A stretch of 64,000 nucleotides of DNA from an uncultured Pelagibacteraceae bacterium (lineage in GTDB: Bacteria > Pseudomonadota > Alphaproteobacteria > Pelagibacterales > Pelagibacteraceae): NCBI GenBank assembly GCA_902543405.1, contig CACBYC010000002.1:13747-77746 (forward strand). The letters run 5' to 3'. The position numbers and the translations under genes are program-made. The number at the start of each line of letters is the position of its first letter. Position 1 is the stretch's first letter. Below the pieces are notes generated by a model. That model did no database searches. It was not told the origin of the DNA and saw nothing but the letters and a program-made list of their open reading frames with translations. This document shows positions 11,518-19,705 of the stretch, piece by piece.

Positions 11518-11640
11518 ATGATTGAAATTATTTTAGGTATATTCGTAATTGTTGTAGTGGGTTTTTATTTATTTAGACCTACTTCAAAACAAGAAGAGAA
11601 AGATTTGAAATCTAAAAATAATTGGCGAGGTGGATTTTAA
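11518..11640 (+). CDS. Small single-TM protein, 40 aa (not in ORF track)
   Basis: MIEIILGIFVIVVVGFYLFRPTSKQEEKDLKSKNNWRGGF*; fills the gap between yajQ and the next ATG. Confidence 0.55.
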   Translation: MIEIILGIFVIVVVGFYLFRPTSKQEEKDLKSKNNWRGGF

Positions 11641-12525
11641 ATGGAAAAAATTTTTGGGATTGTTGTTCTAATCTTTTTTACATGTAATTTAGGTTATACA
11701 GAGCCTGTTACAATTAAAAAAACTAAGTGGCATCACATGGATATCAAAGAGCATTTTGAAATAGTCGATAAGAATGTTCGTGCTGGTAAATCAGCTCAAA
11801 AGTTTGAAATTAGACATGGTGAATGTAAAAAACAAGATTGTAAATGGGGTGCTCAAAGAACAGAAAGACATTTAAAAAAACTTCATTACTCAAGTAAAAA
11901 ATTTAAAGAACCAGTATTTTATGCTTTGAGTATCTATATACCCGAAGATTTTGGTTACGATTTCGTAGCATCAAAGATGTCTTTGTTTCAAGCTAAAATG
12001 AAAGGTGTAGATATGCCATTATGGATGGTTTCTACACAGGGTTCAGGCTTTCAAGTGAGATTAGGTCACTATAAGAGATGCCATGGATTCTCTTTTAAAA
12101 AAGGTAGTTGGAATGATTTTATAGTTAAAACTAATTATAGTAGAGAAAGAATTAAAGGTGAAAAATATTTTGAGCTATGGTGGAATGGAGAACAGATTAA
12201 TGAGTGCACCCATTATATTCCATTTGTAAAAAGCAAACATATTAAAGAGTCCAAAAGCCATGGGTGGAGCAGTAACAAACAACAAATTAATATGAGATAT
12301 GGTATTTATAAATTTAGAGTTGGTGATTACTTATCTCAAATAAATAGAAATAAACCAAAGGGAATGAAGACCATGACTCAACCAAGTGGTCAAAAAAATA
12401 TAATAAAACCTTTTAAATATAAATGGGAAAATAAAATTCCAACAACCGTAATGCTATTTGATGAAGTGAGATTTGGTAAATCCTATGATGAAGTAGATAT
12501 AAATAAGAACAAACCAGTTGATTAA
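11641..12525 (+). CDS. Secreted polysaccharide lyase-like (heparin lyase I family) protein
   Basis: Signal peptide; VRAGKSAQKFEIRHGEC..RTE, W.DF...ELWWNG, RYGIY, FDEVRFG resemble the beta-jelly-roll polysaccharide lyase family. Confidence 0.6.
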   Translation: MEKIFGIVVLIFFTCNLGYTEPVTIKKTKWHHMDIKEHFEIVDKNVRAGKSAQKFEIRHGECKKQDCKWGAQRTERHLKKLHYSSKKFKEPVFYALSIYIPEDFGYDFVASKMSLFQAKMKGVDMPLWMVSTQGSGFQVRLGHYKRCHGFSFKKGSWNDFIVKTNYSRERIKGEKYFELWWNGEQINECTHYIPFVKSKHIKESKSHGWSSNKQQINMRYGIYKFRVGDYLSQINRNKPKGMKTMTQPSGQKNIIKPFKYKWENKIPTTVMLFDEVRFGKSYDEVDINKNKPVD

Positions 12526-12590
12526 TAAATTAAAAAATCTTTTAAGTTTATGGTTCTGTGTTGTAGGATTTTTTAGAGAAACTAGTCCTG

Positions 12591-12614
12591 AAACTTGAAC
12601 AAGTTGAGATAAAT
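12591..12614 (+). repeat. Bipartite intergenic motif copy M1: AAACTTGA-acaagtt-GAGATAAAT
   Basis: Read from sequence; preceded by AACTAG at 12580; aligns with M2-M4. Confidence 0.65.
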
Positions 12615-12686
12615 TAGTTGAAAATCTTATTGATTGGGAATTTATTGTGTCTATATTATTTTAATTTATTAATGAAAGGAAAAACT

Positions 12687-12944
12687 ATGAACTTTGTTGG
12701 AACAACAACATATGAAGGAACTAAAAAAGATGCAGATGAATTATACAGTATATTTAAAGATGATCTTGCAAAATGTACTTCATCATTTGAATGGGCACAC
12801 ATTCGTGAAGGTAAAATGATTTTTATTGCAAATGTCACTGATGAAGAAAAATTTTATGCCTTATTTGAAGATCAAAGATCTAAAGACTGGAACGCAAAGT
12901 TTAATGCTAAAGATGAAGCTTGGAAACTTGAGAAAATAATGTAA
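12687..12944 (+). CDS. Hypothetical protein, 85 aa
   Basis: AAAGGA RBS at 12675-12680 before ATG 12687; track start 12618 is unlikely. Confidence 0.7.
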   Translation: MNFVGTTTYEGTKKDADELYSIFKDDLAKCTSSFEWAHIREGKMIFIANVTDEEKFYALFEDQRSKDWNAKFNAKDEAWKLEKIM

Positions 12945-12951
12945 CTAGTTT

Positions 12952-12975
12952 AAACTAGAACTTTTTGAGGTAAAA
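12952..12975 (+). repeat. Bipartite intergenic motif copy M2: AAACTAGA-acttttt-GAGGTAAAA
   Basis: Read from sequence; preceded by AACTAG at 12943 overlapping the upstream stop codon. Confidence 0.6.
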
Positions 12976-12991
12976 TAAGAAAAGTGAAGGT

Positions 12992-13060
12992 GTGAACAAA
13001 GAAAACGCAAGTAAACTCTGGAAAATTATTCAGGAAGCTGGCGATTATTTACGGGATTAG
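12992..13060 (+). pseudogene. Truncated 5' copy of the 14113-14340 gene (VNKENASKLWKIIQEAGDYLRD*)
   Basis: Contains the exact 53-bp repeat; stop follows shortly after identity ends. Confidence 0.8.
13000..13052 (+). repeat. 53-bp exact direct repeat, left copy
   Basis: AGAAAACGCAAGTAAACTCTGGAAAATTATTCAGGAAGCTGGCGATTATTTAC, identical to 14121-14173. Confidence 0.95.
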
Positions 13061-13100
13061 AGGTTCACATTAATCCACATTAGGCTACATTAAACTACAG
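13061..13100 (+). repeat. Degenerate 4 x 10-bp tandem array
   Basis: AGGTTCACAT / TAATCCACAT / TAGGCTACAT / TAAACTACAG. Confidence 0.65.
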
Positions 13101-13178
13101 TAGTTATGTATATATTAGAAAGTTACCTTAAAATTAATAGCTCAAAGACTCATCAATTTAATTAAAAAACTACATTAC

Positions 13179-13202
13179 AAACTGGATACAAAATAGATAA
13201 AT
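13179..13202 (+). repeat. Bipartite intergenic motif copy M3: AAACTGGA-tacaaaa-TAGATAAAT
   Basis: 13176-13205 matches 14070-14099 at 28/30 positions. Confidence 0.8.
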
Positions 13203-13263
13203 CAAATAGCAAATTTTAAAGCAAATAGACTCATGGCTCAGAATTTGGTAGTTATAGATTATG
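13189..13263 (+). promoter_or_regulatory. 75-bp promoter-like module, copy 1 (TAGACT-N17-TAGTTA-N6-ATG)
   Basis: Ungapped 62/75 identity with the reverse complement of 61006-61080; sigma70-like spacing. Confidence 0.7.
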
Positions 13264-13410
13264 GCAAAAATTACGCTAAAACCATTAGATAAAAACGATC
13301 CACTATTTAAACGAGGTTTCATCACATATAAAAAAAAAAGACATCAAGTAAAAAATAAAACAAACAAAAAATCAAAAATTATAAATGAGAAGATTAGAAA
13401 AGATATTTAG
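13261..13410 (+). CDS. Small Lys-rich hypothetical protein, 49 aa (not in ORF track)
   Basis: MAKITLKPLDKNDPLFKRGFITYKKKRHQVKNKTNKKSKIINEKIRKDI*; starts at the ATG of the shared promoter module. Confidence 0.5.
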   Translation: MAKITLKPLDKNDPLFKRGFITYKKKRHQVKNKTNKKSKIINEKIRKDI

Positions 13411-13558
13411 AGGTAAAATTTCATATAAAAAAATTGATAAGTACGTAGATTTAGTACGTATGACTTTAGACCCTGACGATGATATGCAAATAGAGTTTGA
13501 TATCCAAGATGATTATCAACATATTAAAATTGCGGTATACGATAGAGTTCTAAATTAA
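13385..13558 (+). CDS. Small hypothetical protein, 57 aa (not in ORF track)
   Basis: MRRLEKIFRGKISYKKIDKYVDLVRMTLDPDDDMQIEFDIQDDYQHIKIAVYDRVLN*; TAATG overlap with the next gene. Confidence 0.6.
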   Translation: MRRLEKIFRGKISYKKIDKYVDLVRMTLDPDDDMQIEFDIQDDYQHIKIAVYDRVLN

Positions 13559-14022
13559 TGAAAAAACTTTTAGGGATAATAGTTTTTGGTTTGATATTAA
13601 ATGGTAATGCTTTTGCAAATATATTTAATTGTGTAATTGATGATTATGATATTTCAGGCAATAAAGTAGATATTACTATTGTAATTGATGTAGACAATTT
13701 TAATAAATCATCACTTGTAACAACAAGATCGATGACTTCGAATAGGACTGCTGATGATTTTACTTTTACTTTAGATGGTCGCAATGGAAAATTAATAATA
13801 ACTTCAAGTTCATTTTTTATGATAAAAAAAGGATCATATGACCTTTTTGTATCTTCAAATTCTAAAAAGGATGATAACAATTATTTTAAGGGAATATTTA
13901 CAGAGAGATCTTTTACAGACTTAATACATACAGTTATTATTGAGGTATGGAGTCCCAAAATGCCTATTTATTTGTTTATAGCTGACTCTCCAAGAAAAGT
14001 ATTCAAAGGAACATGTAAATGA
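13558..14022 (+). CDS. Secreted hypothetical protein with MKKLLG-type signal peptide
   Basis: MKKLLGIIVFGLILNGNAFA leader; one Cys near each end of the mature chain. Confidence 0.75.
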   Translation: MKKLLGIIVFGLILNGNAFANIFNCVIDDYDISGNKVDITIVIDVDNFNKSSLVTTRSMTSNRTADDFTFTLDGRNGKLIITSSSFFMIKKGSYDLFVSSNSKKDDNNYFKGIFTERSFTDLIHTVIIEVWSPKMPIYLFIADSPRKVFKGTCK

Positions 14023-14072
14023 AAAAACTTTTAAGGGTAATTGATATAGGATTTTATAGGATAACTAGATAC

Positions 14073-14096
14073 AAACTAGATACAAAAGAGATAAAT
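14073..14096 (+). repeat. Bipartite intergenic motif copy M4: AAACTAGA-tacaaaa-GAGATAAAT
   Basis: Preceded by TAGGATTTTATAGGATAACTAG, 18/22 identical to the sequence preceding M1. Confidence 0.8.
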
Positions 14097-14112
14097 CAAG
14101 TTTTGAGAGTTA

Positions 14113-14340
14113 ATGACGCCAGAAAACGCAAGTAAACTCTGGAAAATTATTCAGGAAGCTGGCGATTATTTACAAGGACAACTTCCAGATCATCCTAATC
14201 ATCCTAAAGGCAGAAATCCTTATGCACACGTCGCAATTTGCGTAAAGAGTAAATTTAATGCAAGTTATAAAGATATTGAGGATGAAAAATTTGATGAAAT
14301 AGTTAATTACATAAATTTTCTTAAAGAAAATCCTAGCTAA
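14113..14340 (+). CDS. Hypothetical protein, 75 aa
   Basis: Intact ORF (LPDHPNHPKGRNPYAHVA); its 5' part is duplicated at 13000-13052. Confidence 0.8.
   Translation: MTPENASKLWKIIQEAGDYLQGQLPDHPNHPKGRNPYAHVAICVKSKFNASYKDIEDEKFDEIVNYINFLKENPS
14121..14173 (+). repeat. 53-bp exact direct repeat, right copy
   Basis: Identical to 13000-13052. Confidence 0.95.
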
Positions 14341-14341
14341 A

Positions 14342-15388
14342 TTAAGATTTAATTATATTTAAAAACGCTTCTACATCATCTGGATGAGTATTCCAGGCAG
14401 CAACTAATCTAACAGCTTTATCTTCCCACTCATCATCGTTAATTTTGTAACCATGCGAATTAAATTGATCAATTATATTTTTTGGTATTTTGACAAAAAC
14501 TTCATTTGCATCTGTTGGGTAAGCTAATTCAATATTTTTGTGTTTCAGTAAACCTTGGCTTAATTTTTTCCCCATAGCATTTGCATGCTTTGCATTTTTT
14601 AACCAAACCTCATTTGAGATATAAGCATCTAATTGAGCTGATACAAAACGCATCTTTGATAGTAAATGCCCTGCTCTTTTCATTAAAAAAGCTAAATTTC
14701 CAACCAACTCTGGTTTAAAAAAAATAATGGCTTCTGCTGCTAGGCATCCATTTTTAGTTGCTCCAAATGATAGTACATCAATTCCAGACTTCCATGTCAT
14801 TTCTGCTGGAGTACAGTTTAATGAAACTAATGCATTTGCAAATCTTGCACCATCCATATGAATATTTAGATCATGTTTATGAGTAATCTCTGATATTTTT
14901 TTTATTTCATCTAAATTGTAAGCAACACCTGTTTCACACAATTGAGTAATACTTACTGATGAAGGTTGGGTATGATGTACCACACCTTTTCCAGAAATAT
15001 TTCTATCTAGTTCTTCAGCTATAATTTTTCCATTATTACCGTCCAGATTTACTAACTTTGCGCCTCCAGTATAAAATTCGGGAGCTCCACATTCATCTAC
15101 ATTTATATGGGAAAGTCTATGGCAATAGATATTTCCAAAAGAAGGAGTCATGGTTGATAAAGCTAAAGCATTAGCTGCTGTTCCTGAGGCTGTAGGAAAA
15201 ACTATAACTTCTTTCTCAAATATTTCTGAAAATTTATTTTGTAAGTTTTTCGACAGCTCATCATTACCATATGGAGTTTTGTCATCCTCATTAGCTTTAA
15301 GAATTGCATTTAAGACTTCTGGACATGCACCTGTAACGTTATCTGAAGCAAATTTTACTCTTTCTCTTTTTGTTTTTATCTGAGTCAC
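14342..15388 (-). CDS. ltaE: Low-specificity L-threonine aldolase
   Basis: FASDN, GTAANAL, HMDGARFANA, LSFGATKNG (PLP lysine), KRAGHLLSKMRF. Confidence 0.9.
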   Translation of the reverse strand: MTQIKTKRERVKFASDNVTGACPEVLNAILKANEDDKTPYGNDELSKNLQNKFSEIFEKEVIVFPTASGTAANALALSTMTPSFGNIYCHRLSHINVDECGAPEFYTGGAKLVNLDGNNGKIIAEELDRNISGKGVVHHTQPSSVSITQLCETGVAYNLDEIKKISEITHKHDLNIHMDGARFANALVSLNCTPAEMTWKSGIDVLSFGATKNGCLAAEAIIFFKPELVGNLAFLMKRAGHLLSKMRFVSAQLDAYISNEVWLKNAKHANAMGKKLSQGLLKHKNIELAYPTDANEVFVKIPKNIIDQFNSHGYKINDDEWEDKAVRLVAAWNTHPDDVEAFLNIIKS

Positions 15389-15390
15389 AA

Positions 15391-16506
15391 TTATTGCTTT
15401 GGAAAATAATCTTTTAATTCACCTTCTCTATAAACATCTGCTGTACAACAATGCAATCCACCTCCAAATGCATAAGCATCTCTAAGCTCAACGGGAATAA
15501 CCTCCATTCCTAATTTATCTAGTTGTTCTGCTTGGTACACTTCACTTTTTTCTACACATACAGTTTTAGGATCTAAAACTAGAACATTCATTGATAGCCA
15601 TGTTGAGGAGTAACATAGAGGTGGAGGTTCGTTGTGTGCAGGTTGAGCACTATCAATAATTTCCCATCCGTTATTTTCAAACAATCTTCTTTGCTCTTTA
15701 GGAAGCCTTCTTTGAGGATTGTTAATTATTAAACCCTCCTTGATAGGTGTAAAAGTTGCATCTATATGAATTGGATAAGGATCACCTGGAAAATTAACAG
15801 CATGAACCCTGTGATCTTTATAATGTCTTTTTAACCAATCAATTCCTTTTAAATTTGTTGTAAAACCATGTTGTACTACTAAATCTTTACCAAATCTTAG
15901 AACGTCAGCAGCATCAAATAATGGCTCCTCTTCAGTGGTTACAAAATATTTATTTTCTGTCCATTCTAGTCTTTTTTGAATTCCTATTTTATCTGATAAG
16001 TAATCTTCTCTGTAATCCTCATCTGTTAACCTAGGTTTAGGAGCAGATTCGTGTCTCATATTTGGATCTGAATTATAATATTGTTTTAAAAGTGGTCGGT
16101 AGCATAAATATTCAAACCATCGGCAACGATAACTCATTGTAGCCTCTAAAATTTCATTACCAACAGTTAGCAAAACATCTCTAGGTGGCATACAACCAAA
16201 CATTGTCTCCGCTTGCCAATCAGGTGTAGATGTTTTTTGATTAAAATCAATTGGATCTGGTCTATCAACTTTAATCCCTCTTTTTTTTAATATTTTTGAA
16301 AAATTATCTAAAAGTTGATTTGCCTTATCGACAGTATCTTTAGTTCTTGGGCCAAATTTCCCTCTCATATCGCTGTCTTCTGGAACTTTGGCGTCTAGCG
16401 CTGGCTCAGGAGCAGGTATACAAGTACCATCTGCTTTTCCTACTATTACGTGTTTCAATGGATCCCATTCATTCCAACTATTAACAATTACTTTTTCATT
16501 ATTCAT
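15391..16506 (-). CDS. Amidinotransferase (glycine amidinotransferase-like)
   Basis: VNSWNEWDPLKHVIVG; catalytic Asp/His/Cys in FDAAD, IHIDAT, GGGLHCCT. Confidence 0.88.
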   Translation of the reverse strand: MNNEKVIVNSWNEWDPLKHVIVGKADGTCIPAPEPALDAKVPEDSDMRGKFGPRTKDTVDKANQLLDNFSKILKKRGIKVDRPDPIDFNQKTSTPDWQAETMFGCMPPRDVLLTVGNEILEATMSYRCRWFEYLCYRPLLKQYYNSDPNMRHESAPKPRLTDEDYREDYLSDKIGIQKRLEWTENKYFVTTEEEPLFDAADVLRFGKDLVVQHGFTTNLKGIDWLKRHYKDHRVHAVNFPGDPYPIHIDATFTPIKEGLIINNPQRRLPKEQRRLFENNGWEIIDSAQPAHNEPPPLCYSSTWLSMNVLVLDPKTVCVEKSEVYQAEQLDKLGMEVIPVELRDAYAFGGGLHCCTADVYREGELKDYFPKQ

Positions 16507-16507
16507 T

Positions 16508-17413
16508 TTAATTTAAACCTATAAATCTTCTATTAGACTGCATAATGAGGCTGTAGTAAAAAATCGACATAAAGATAAAAAATCCACCAATAATGGTATT
16601 CGTGGATGGGACTTCATTAATTCCCATCCATGGTAACCACACCCAGAATATTCCACCTATTACCTCAGTTAGTGAGAGTAAAGTTAGATCAGCTGCTGGA
16701 ATATTTTTTGATCCAATTGAATATAATATTAAACCTAAGCATACTAGAGTTCCATGAGTAGCAAATAAGGCTTCATTTTTTCCAGTAGATAAAAAATTAG
16801 CATCGTTTGAAATAAGCATTACAGCAGAAAATATGAAACAGAACAACCCCGCAAAGGCAACAGTAGTAAATTTTGGTGTTTCTTTTCTCCATCTTAGTGA
16901 AACAGAAAAAATTGAGAAACCTAATGCAGAAATAAGTCCAAACACTAACCCTGGCAATGAATTTTTACCAGAATTGTCAAAAGCCATTATACATATACCC
17001 GCTGCTGCAACTAAAATCGCAATCCATACTGTTAATGAAATTTTTTCTTTTAAAAATAAAAATCCTAATAAGGCTGTTATAAATGGCATTGCTGCAAGAC
17101 AAAGTAAAGTGATGGCTGCTGTTGTATTAGTAATTGACCATATGAATGTTATCATTGCGGTCCCAAGACCAATACCTCCAATTAGACCCGATATTCCAAC
17201 TTTAAAATAATTTTTATAAAACTCTTTTCCTTCCTCAAGGAACAAATACATATTAAGTAAAAGAAAAATAACTATTCCTCTTGTAAATAAATATTGCCAA
17301 GGAACTGTCTCTGGCTGATCGATGTGTCTTACAACATATGGACCAAATGACCAAAAAATACCAGCAATTAATACGATTGGGATGGCTACTTTAGGATTTT
17401 TTAAGTTTAGCAT
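16508..17413 (-). CDS. DMT/EamA family transporter
   Basis: Multi-TM, FLFLKEKIS, LLSLTEVIGG. Confidence 0.85.
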   Translation of the reverse strand: MLNLKNPKVAIPIVLIAGIFWSFGPYVVRHIDQPETVPWQYLFTRGIVIFLLLNMYLFLEEGKEFYKNYFKVGISGLIGGIGLGTAMITFIWSITNTTAAITLLCLAAMPFITALLGFLFLKEKISLTVWIAILVAAAGICIMAFDNSGKNSLPGLVFGLISALGFSIFSVSLRWRKETPKFTTVAFAGLFCFIFSAVMLISNDANFLSTGKNEALFATHGTLVCLGLILYSIGSKNIPAADLTLLSLTEVIGGIFWVWLPWMGINEVPSTNTIIGGFFIFMSIFYYSLIMQSNRRFIGLN

Positions 17414-17491
17414 GTGCTATTTTTTTATTTAAGAAGTATGAAAATATAAATATAAATTTGTATAATAACAATCAAATAAATACTCAAATTA

Positions 17492-17887
17492 ATGGATATT
17501 AATATTTTAAAAATAGCTTCTGATACCAAAAACAATAAACATATTAGTAACTGCACTCATTCGATGAAATATAAAAGTCAAATTTGTGGTGATGAGATTG
17601 AAATTTTTTTAATTATTAAAGACAATGTTATAAAAGATTTTTCGTATCAGTCTCAATCTTGCATATATTGCAATGCATCTGCAAATTTAGCTACAAAAAA
17701 TTTTAAGAAAAAAAGTAAAGAAAAAATAAAAAATTTTTTAAAATTATTAGATAATTTTAATGATAAAGAAAATATTTCATTTCCAAGTGAATGGAAAGAG
17801 TTTAAAAAAATCTTTGATAAAAAAAATTATTCAAGAAAAGAATGTTTAACACTTCCAATAAAAGCTTTAAAGAAAGTAATACAATAA
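17492..17887 (+). CDS. IscU/NifU-N-like Fe-S scaffold protein
   Basis: ICGDEI, SCIYCNASA, RKECLTLP. Confidence 0.75.
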   Translation: MDINILKIASDTKNNKHISNCTHSMKYKSQICGDEIEIFLIIKDNVIKDFSYQSQSCIYCNASANLATKNFKKKSKEKIKNFLKLLDNFNDKENISFPSEWKEFKKIFDKKNYSRKECLTLPIKALKKVIQ

Positions 17888-18349
17888 ATGAATAAAGATA
17901 AAATTTTAAAATCTCTTTTTGCATTAATTTTTTCAACTATAACAATTGGTGTTCTCACTTTATTAACTTATAAAACCAATTTTGGACTTTTTTTAATTGC
18001 ATCATTTGGATCCTCAATGGTTCTTTTATATGGTTACCCAGAAAGTCCATTTGCTAAACCTAAAAATATATTATTTGGTCATCTAGTAACTTCAACAGTT
18101 GGAATTCTATTTTATAATTTTATTCCGTTACCAATTTATATATTAATACCTTTAGCGGTAGGTCTTGGTGTTGGTTTGATGATTTTACTAGATGTAACCC
18201 ACCCTCCAGCTGGAGGAAATCCTATTATAGTCATATTGGGCTCAGTATCGTTTGACTATTTGTTCTCCCCAATATTAACTGGATGTTTGATTATAATAGG
18301 CTTTGGAATTATTCTGAATAAATTTATTGCTAAAAAGAAATACCCCTAA
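17888..18349 (+). CDS. HPP family membrane protein
   Basis: ASFGSS.VL...PESPFA.P, VTHPPAGG. Confidence 0.9.
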   Translation: MNKDKILKSLFALIFSTITIGVLTLLTYKTNFGLFLIASFGSSMVLLYGYPESPFAKPKNILFGHLVTSTVGILFYNFIPLPIYILIPLAVGLGVGLMILLDVTHPPAGGNPIIVILGSVSFDYLFSPILTGCLIIIGFGIILNKFIAKKKYP

Positions 18350-18448
18350 TCAACTACTATTCGTTTGATTGATGTTCTAATTTTATGCTACACTTTCGTA
18401 AGAAAATATCTATAGAGAGATTTTAAAACATAAATATTAGGAGAAAAA

Positions 18449-19648
18449 ATGAAAGTACTTTGCGTGTTATATGATGATCCTAAAGGTGGTATGCCTAAAG
18501 CTTACCCTTTATCAGATCTTCCAAAATTAGAAAAATATCCTGATGGAATGACTTTACCTAGTCCAAAAGGTAGGGATTTCACTCCTGGAGAATTATTAGG
18601 ATGTGTATCTGGTGAATTAGGATTGAGAAAATTTTTAGAGAGCAATGGTCATGAGTTAGTTGTAACGAATAGTAAAGATGGAGAAGGATGCGAGGCTGAT
18701 AAACATATAGTAGATGCAGATATAGTTATTTCTCAACCATTCTTTCCTTATTATTTAACAAAAGAAAAGATTGAAAAAGCAAAAAACCTGAAAATGGCAA
18801 TAACTGCAGGAATTGGCTCAGATCACGTAGATTTACAAGCAGCAATGGATCATAAAATTGATGTAGTAGAAGTTACTTTCTGTAACTCAAGATCAGTTGC
18901 TGAGCATATAGTAATGATGATAGTTTCACTTGTTAGAGATTACCACAACCAACATCGGATCGTTAATGAAGGTGGATGGAATATAGCAGATGCTGTTCAA
19001 AGATCTTACGATGTTGAGGGAATGCATATTGGAACCGTAGCAGCTGGAAGAATAGGTTTAGATGCACTCAGAAAAATGAAACCTTTTGATGTTCATCTTC
19101 ACTATTTTGATAGGCATAGATTACCTGAGTCAGTTGAAAAGGAGTTAAATCTTACTTTCCATGAAACTGTGGAGTCTATGGTTAAAGTATGTGATGTTGT
19201 AACAATCAACTGTCCTCTTCATCCTGAAACAGAAAACTTATTTGATGATGAAATGATAGGTAAAATGAAAAAAGGTGCATACATTGTAAATACTGCAAGA
19301 GGTAAAATTTGTAATAGAGATGCAATAGCAAAAGCCTTGAAGAGCGGACAATTAAGTGGATATGCAGGAGATGTATGGTTTCCTCAACCAGCTCCAAACG
19401 ATCACGTGTGGAGAACAATGCCAAACCATGGAATGACACCTCATACTTCTGGAACATCACTATCTGCTCAAGCTAGATATGCTGATGGTGTAAGAGAAAT
19501 CTTAGAATGTTTCTTTGAAGGTAGTGAAATACGTAACCAATACTTAATTGTTAAAGATGGACAATTAGCTGGAATGGGTGCGCATTCTTATAGTAAAGGA
19601 AGCGCTACCGGCGGTTCAGAAGAAGCGGCAAAATATCAAAAAAAATAA
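18449..19648 (+). CDS. fdh: NAD-dependent, metal-independent formate dehydrogenase
   Basis: GELLGCVSGELGLRKFLE, AGIGSDHVDL, AAGRIG, YAGDVWFPQP, MTPHTSG; AGGAG RBS. Confidence 0.95.
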   Translation: MKVLCVLYDDPKGGMPKAYPLSDLPKLEKYPDGMTLPSPKGRDFTPGELLGCVSGELGLRKFLESNGHELVVTNSKDGEGCEADKHIVDADIVISQPFFPYYLTKEKIEKAKNLKMAITAGIGSDHVDLQAAMDHKIDVVEVTFCNSRSVAEHIVMMIVSLVRDYHNQHRIVNEGGWNIADAVQRSYDVEGMHIGTVAAGRIGLDALRKMKPFDVHLHYFDRHRLPESVEKELNLTFHETVESMVKVCDVVTINCPLHPETENLFDDEMIGKMKKGAYIVNTARGKICNRDAIAKALKSGQLSGYAGDVWFPQPAPNDHVWRTMPNHGMTPHTSGTSLSAQARYADGVREILECFFEGSEIRNQYLIVKDGQLAGMGAHSYSKGSATGGSEEAAKYQKK

Positions 19649-19666
19649 AGTTTTAAATAGAAATTA

Positions 19667-19705
19667 TTAAAGGTAAGCTATCAGTATTAAGATAGCTACC
19701 TTTAA
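19667..19705 (+). terminator. Hairpin after fdh that ends on the msrA start codon
   Basis: TTAAAGGTA(A)GCTATC-agtattaa-GATAGCTACCTTTAA. Confidence 0.6.

Noticed and set aside
12591-14096. Motifs M1-M4 as canonical dif/pdif sites
   Set aside because: The right arm shares only TAAA(T) with the XerD arm TTATGTTAAAT and the left arm does not resemble a XerC arm.
14019-14135. 38-codon ORF starting MKKLLRVIDIGFYR
   Set aside because: Runs through motif M4 and overlaps the next gene out of frame; treated as a leader stub, not a gene.
12526-14173. CRISPR array or classical integron attC array
   Set aside because: Repeats are degenerate and spaced about 230-900 bp apart, lack the attC RYYYAAC...GTTRRRY ends and long hairpin, and no cas or intI gene is present.
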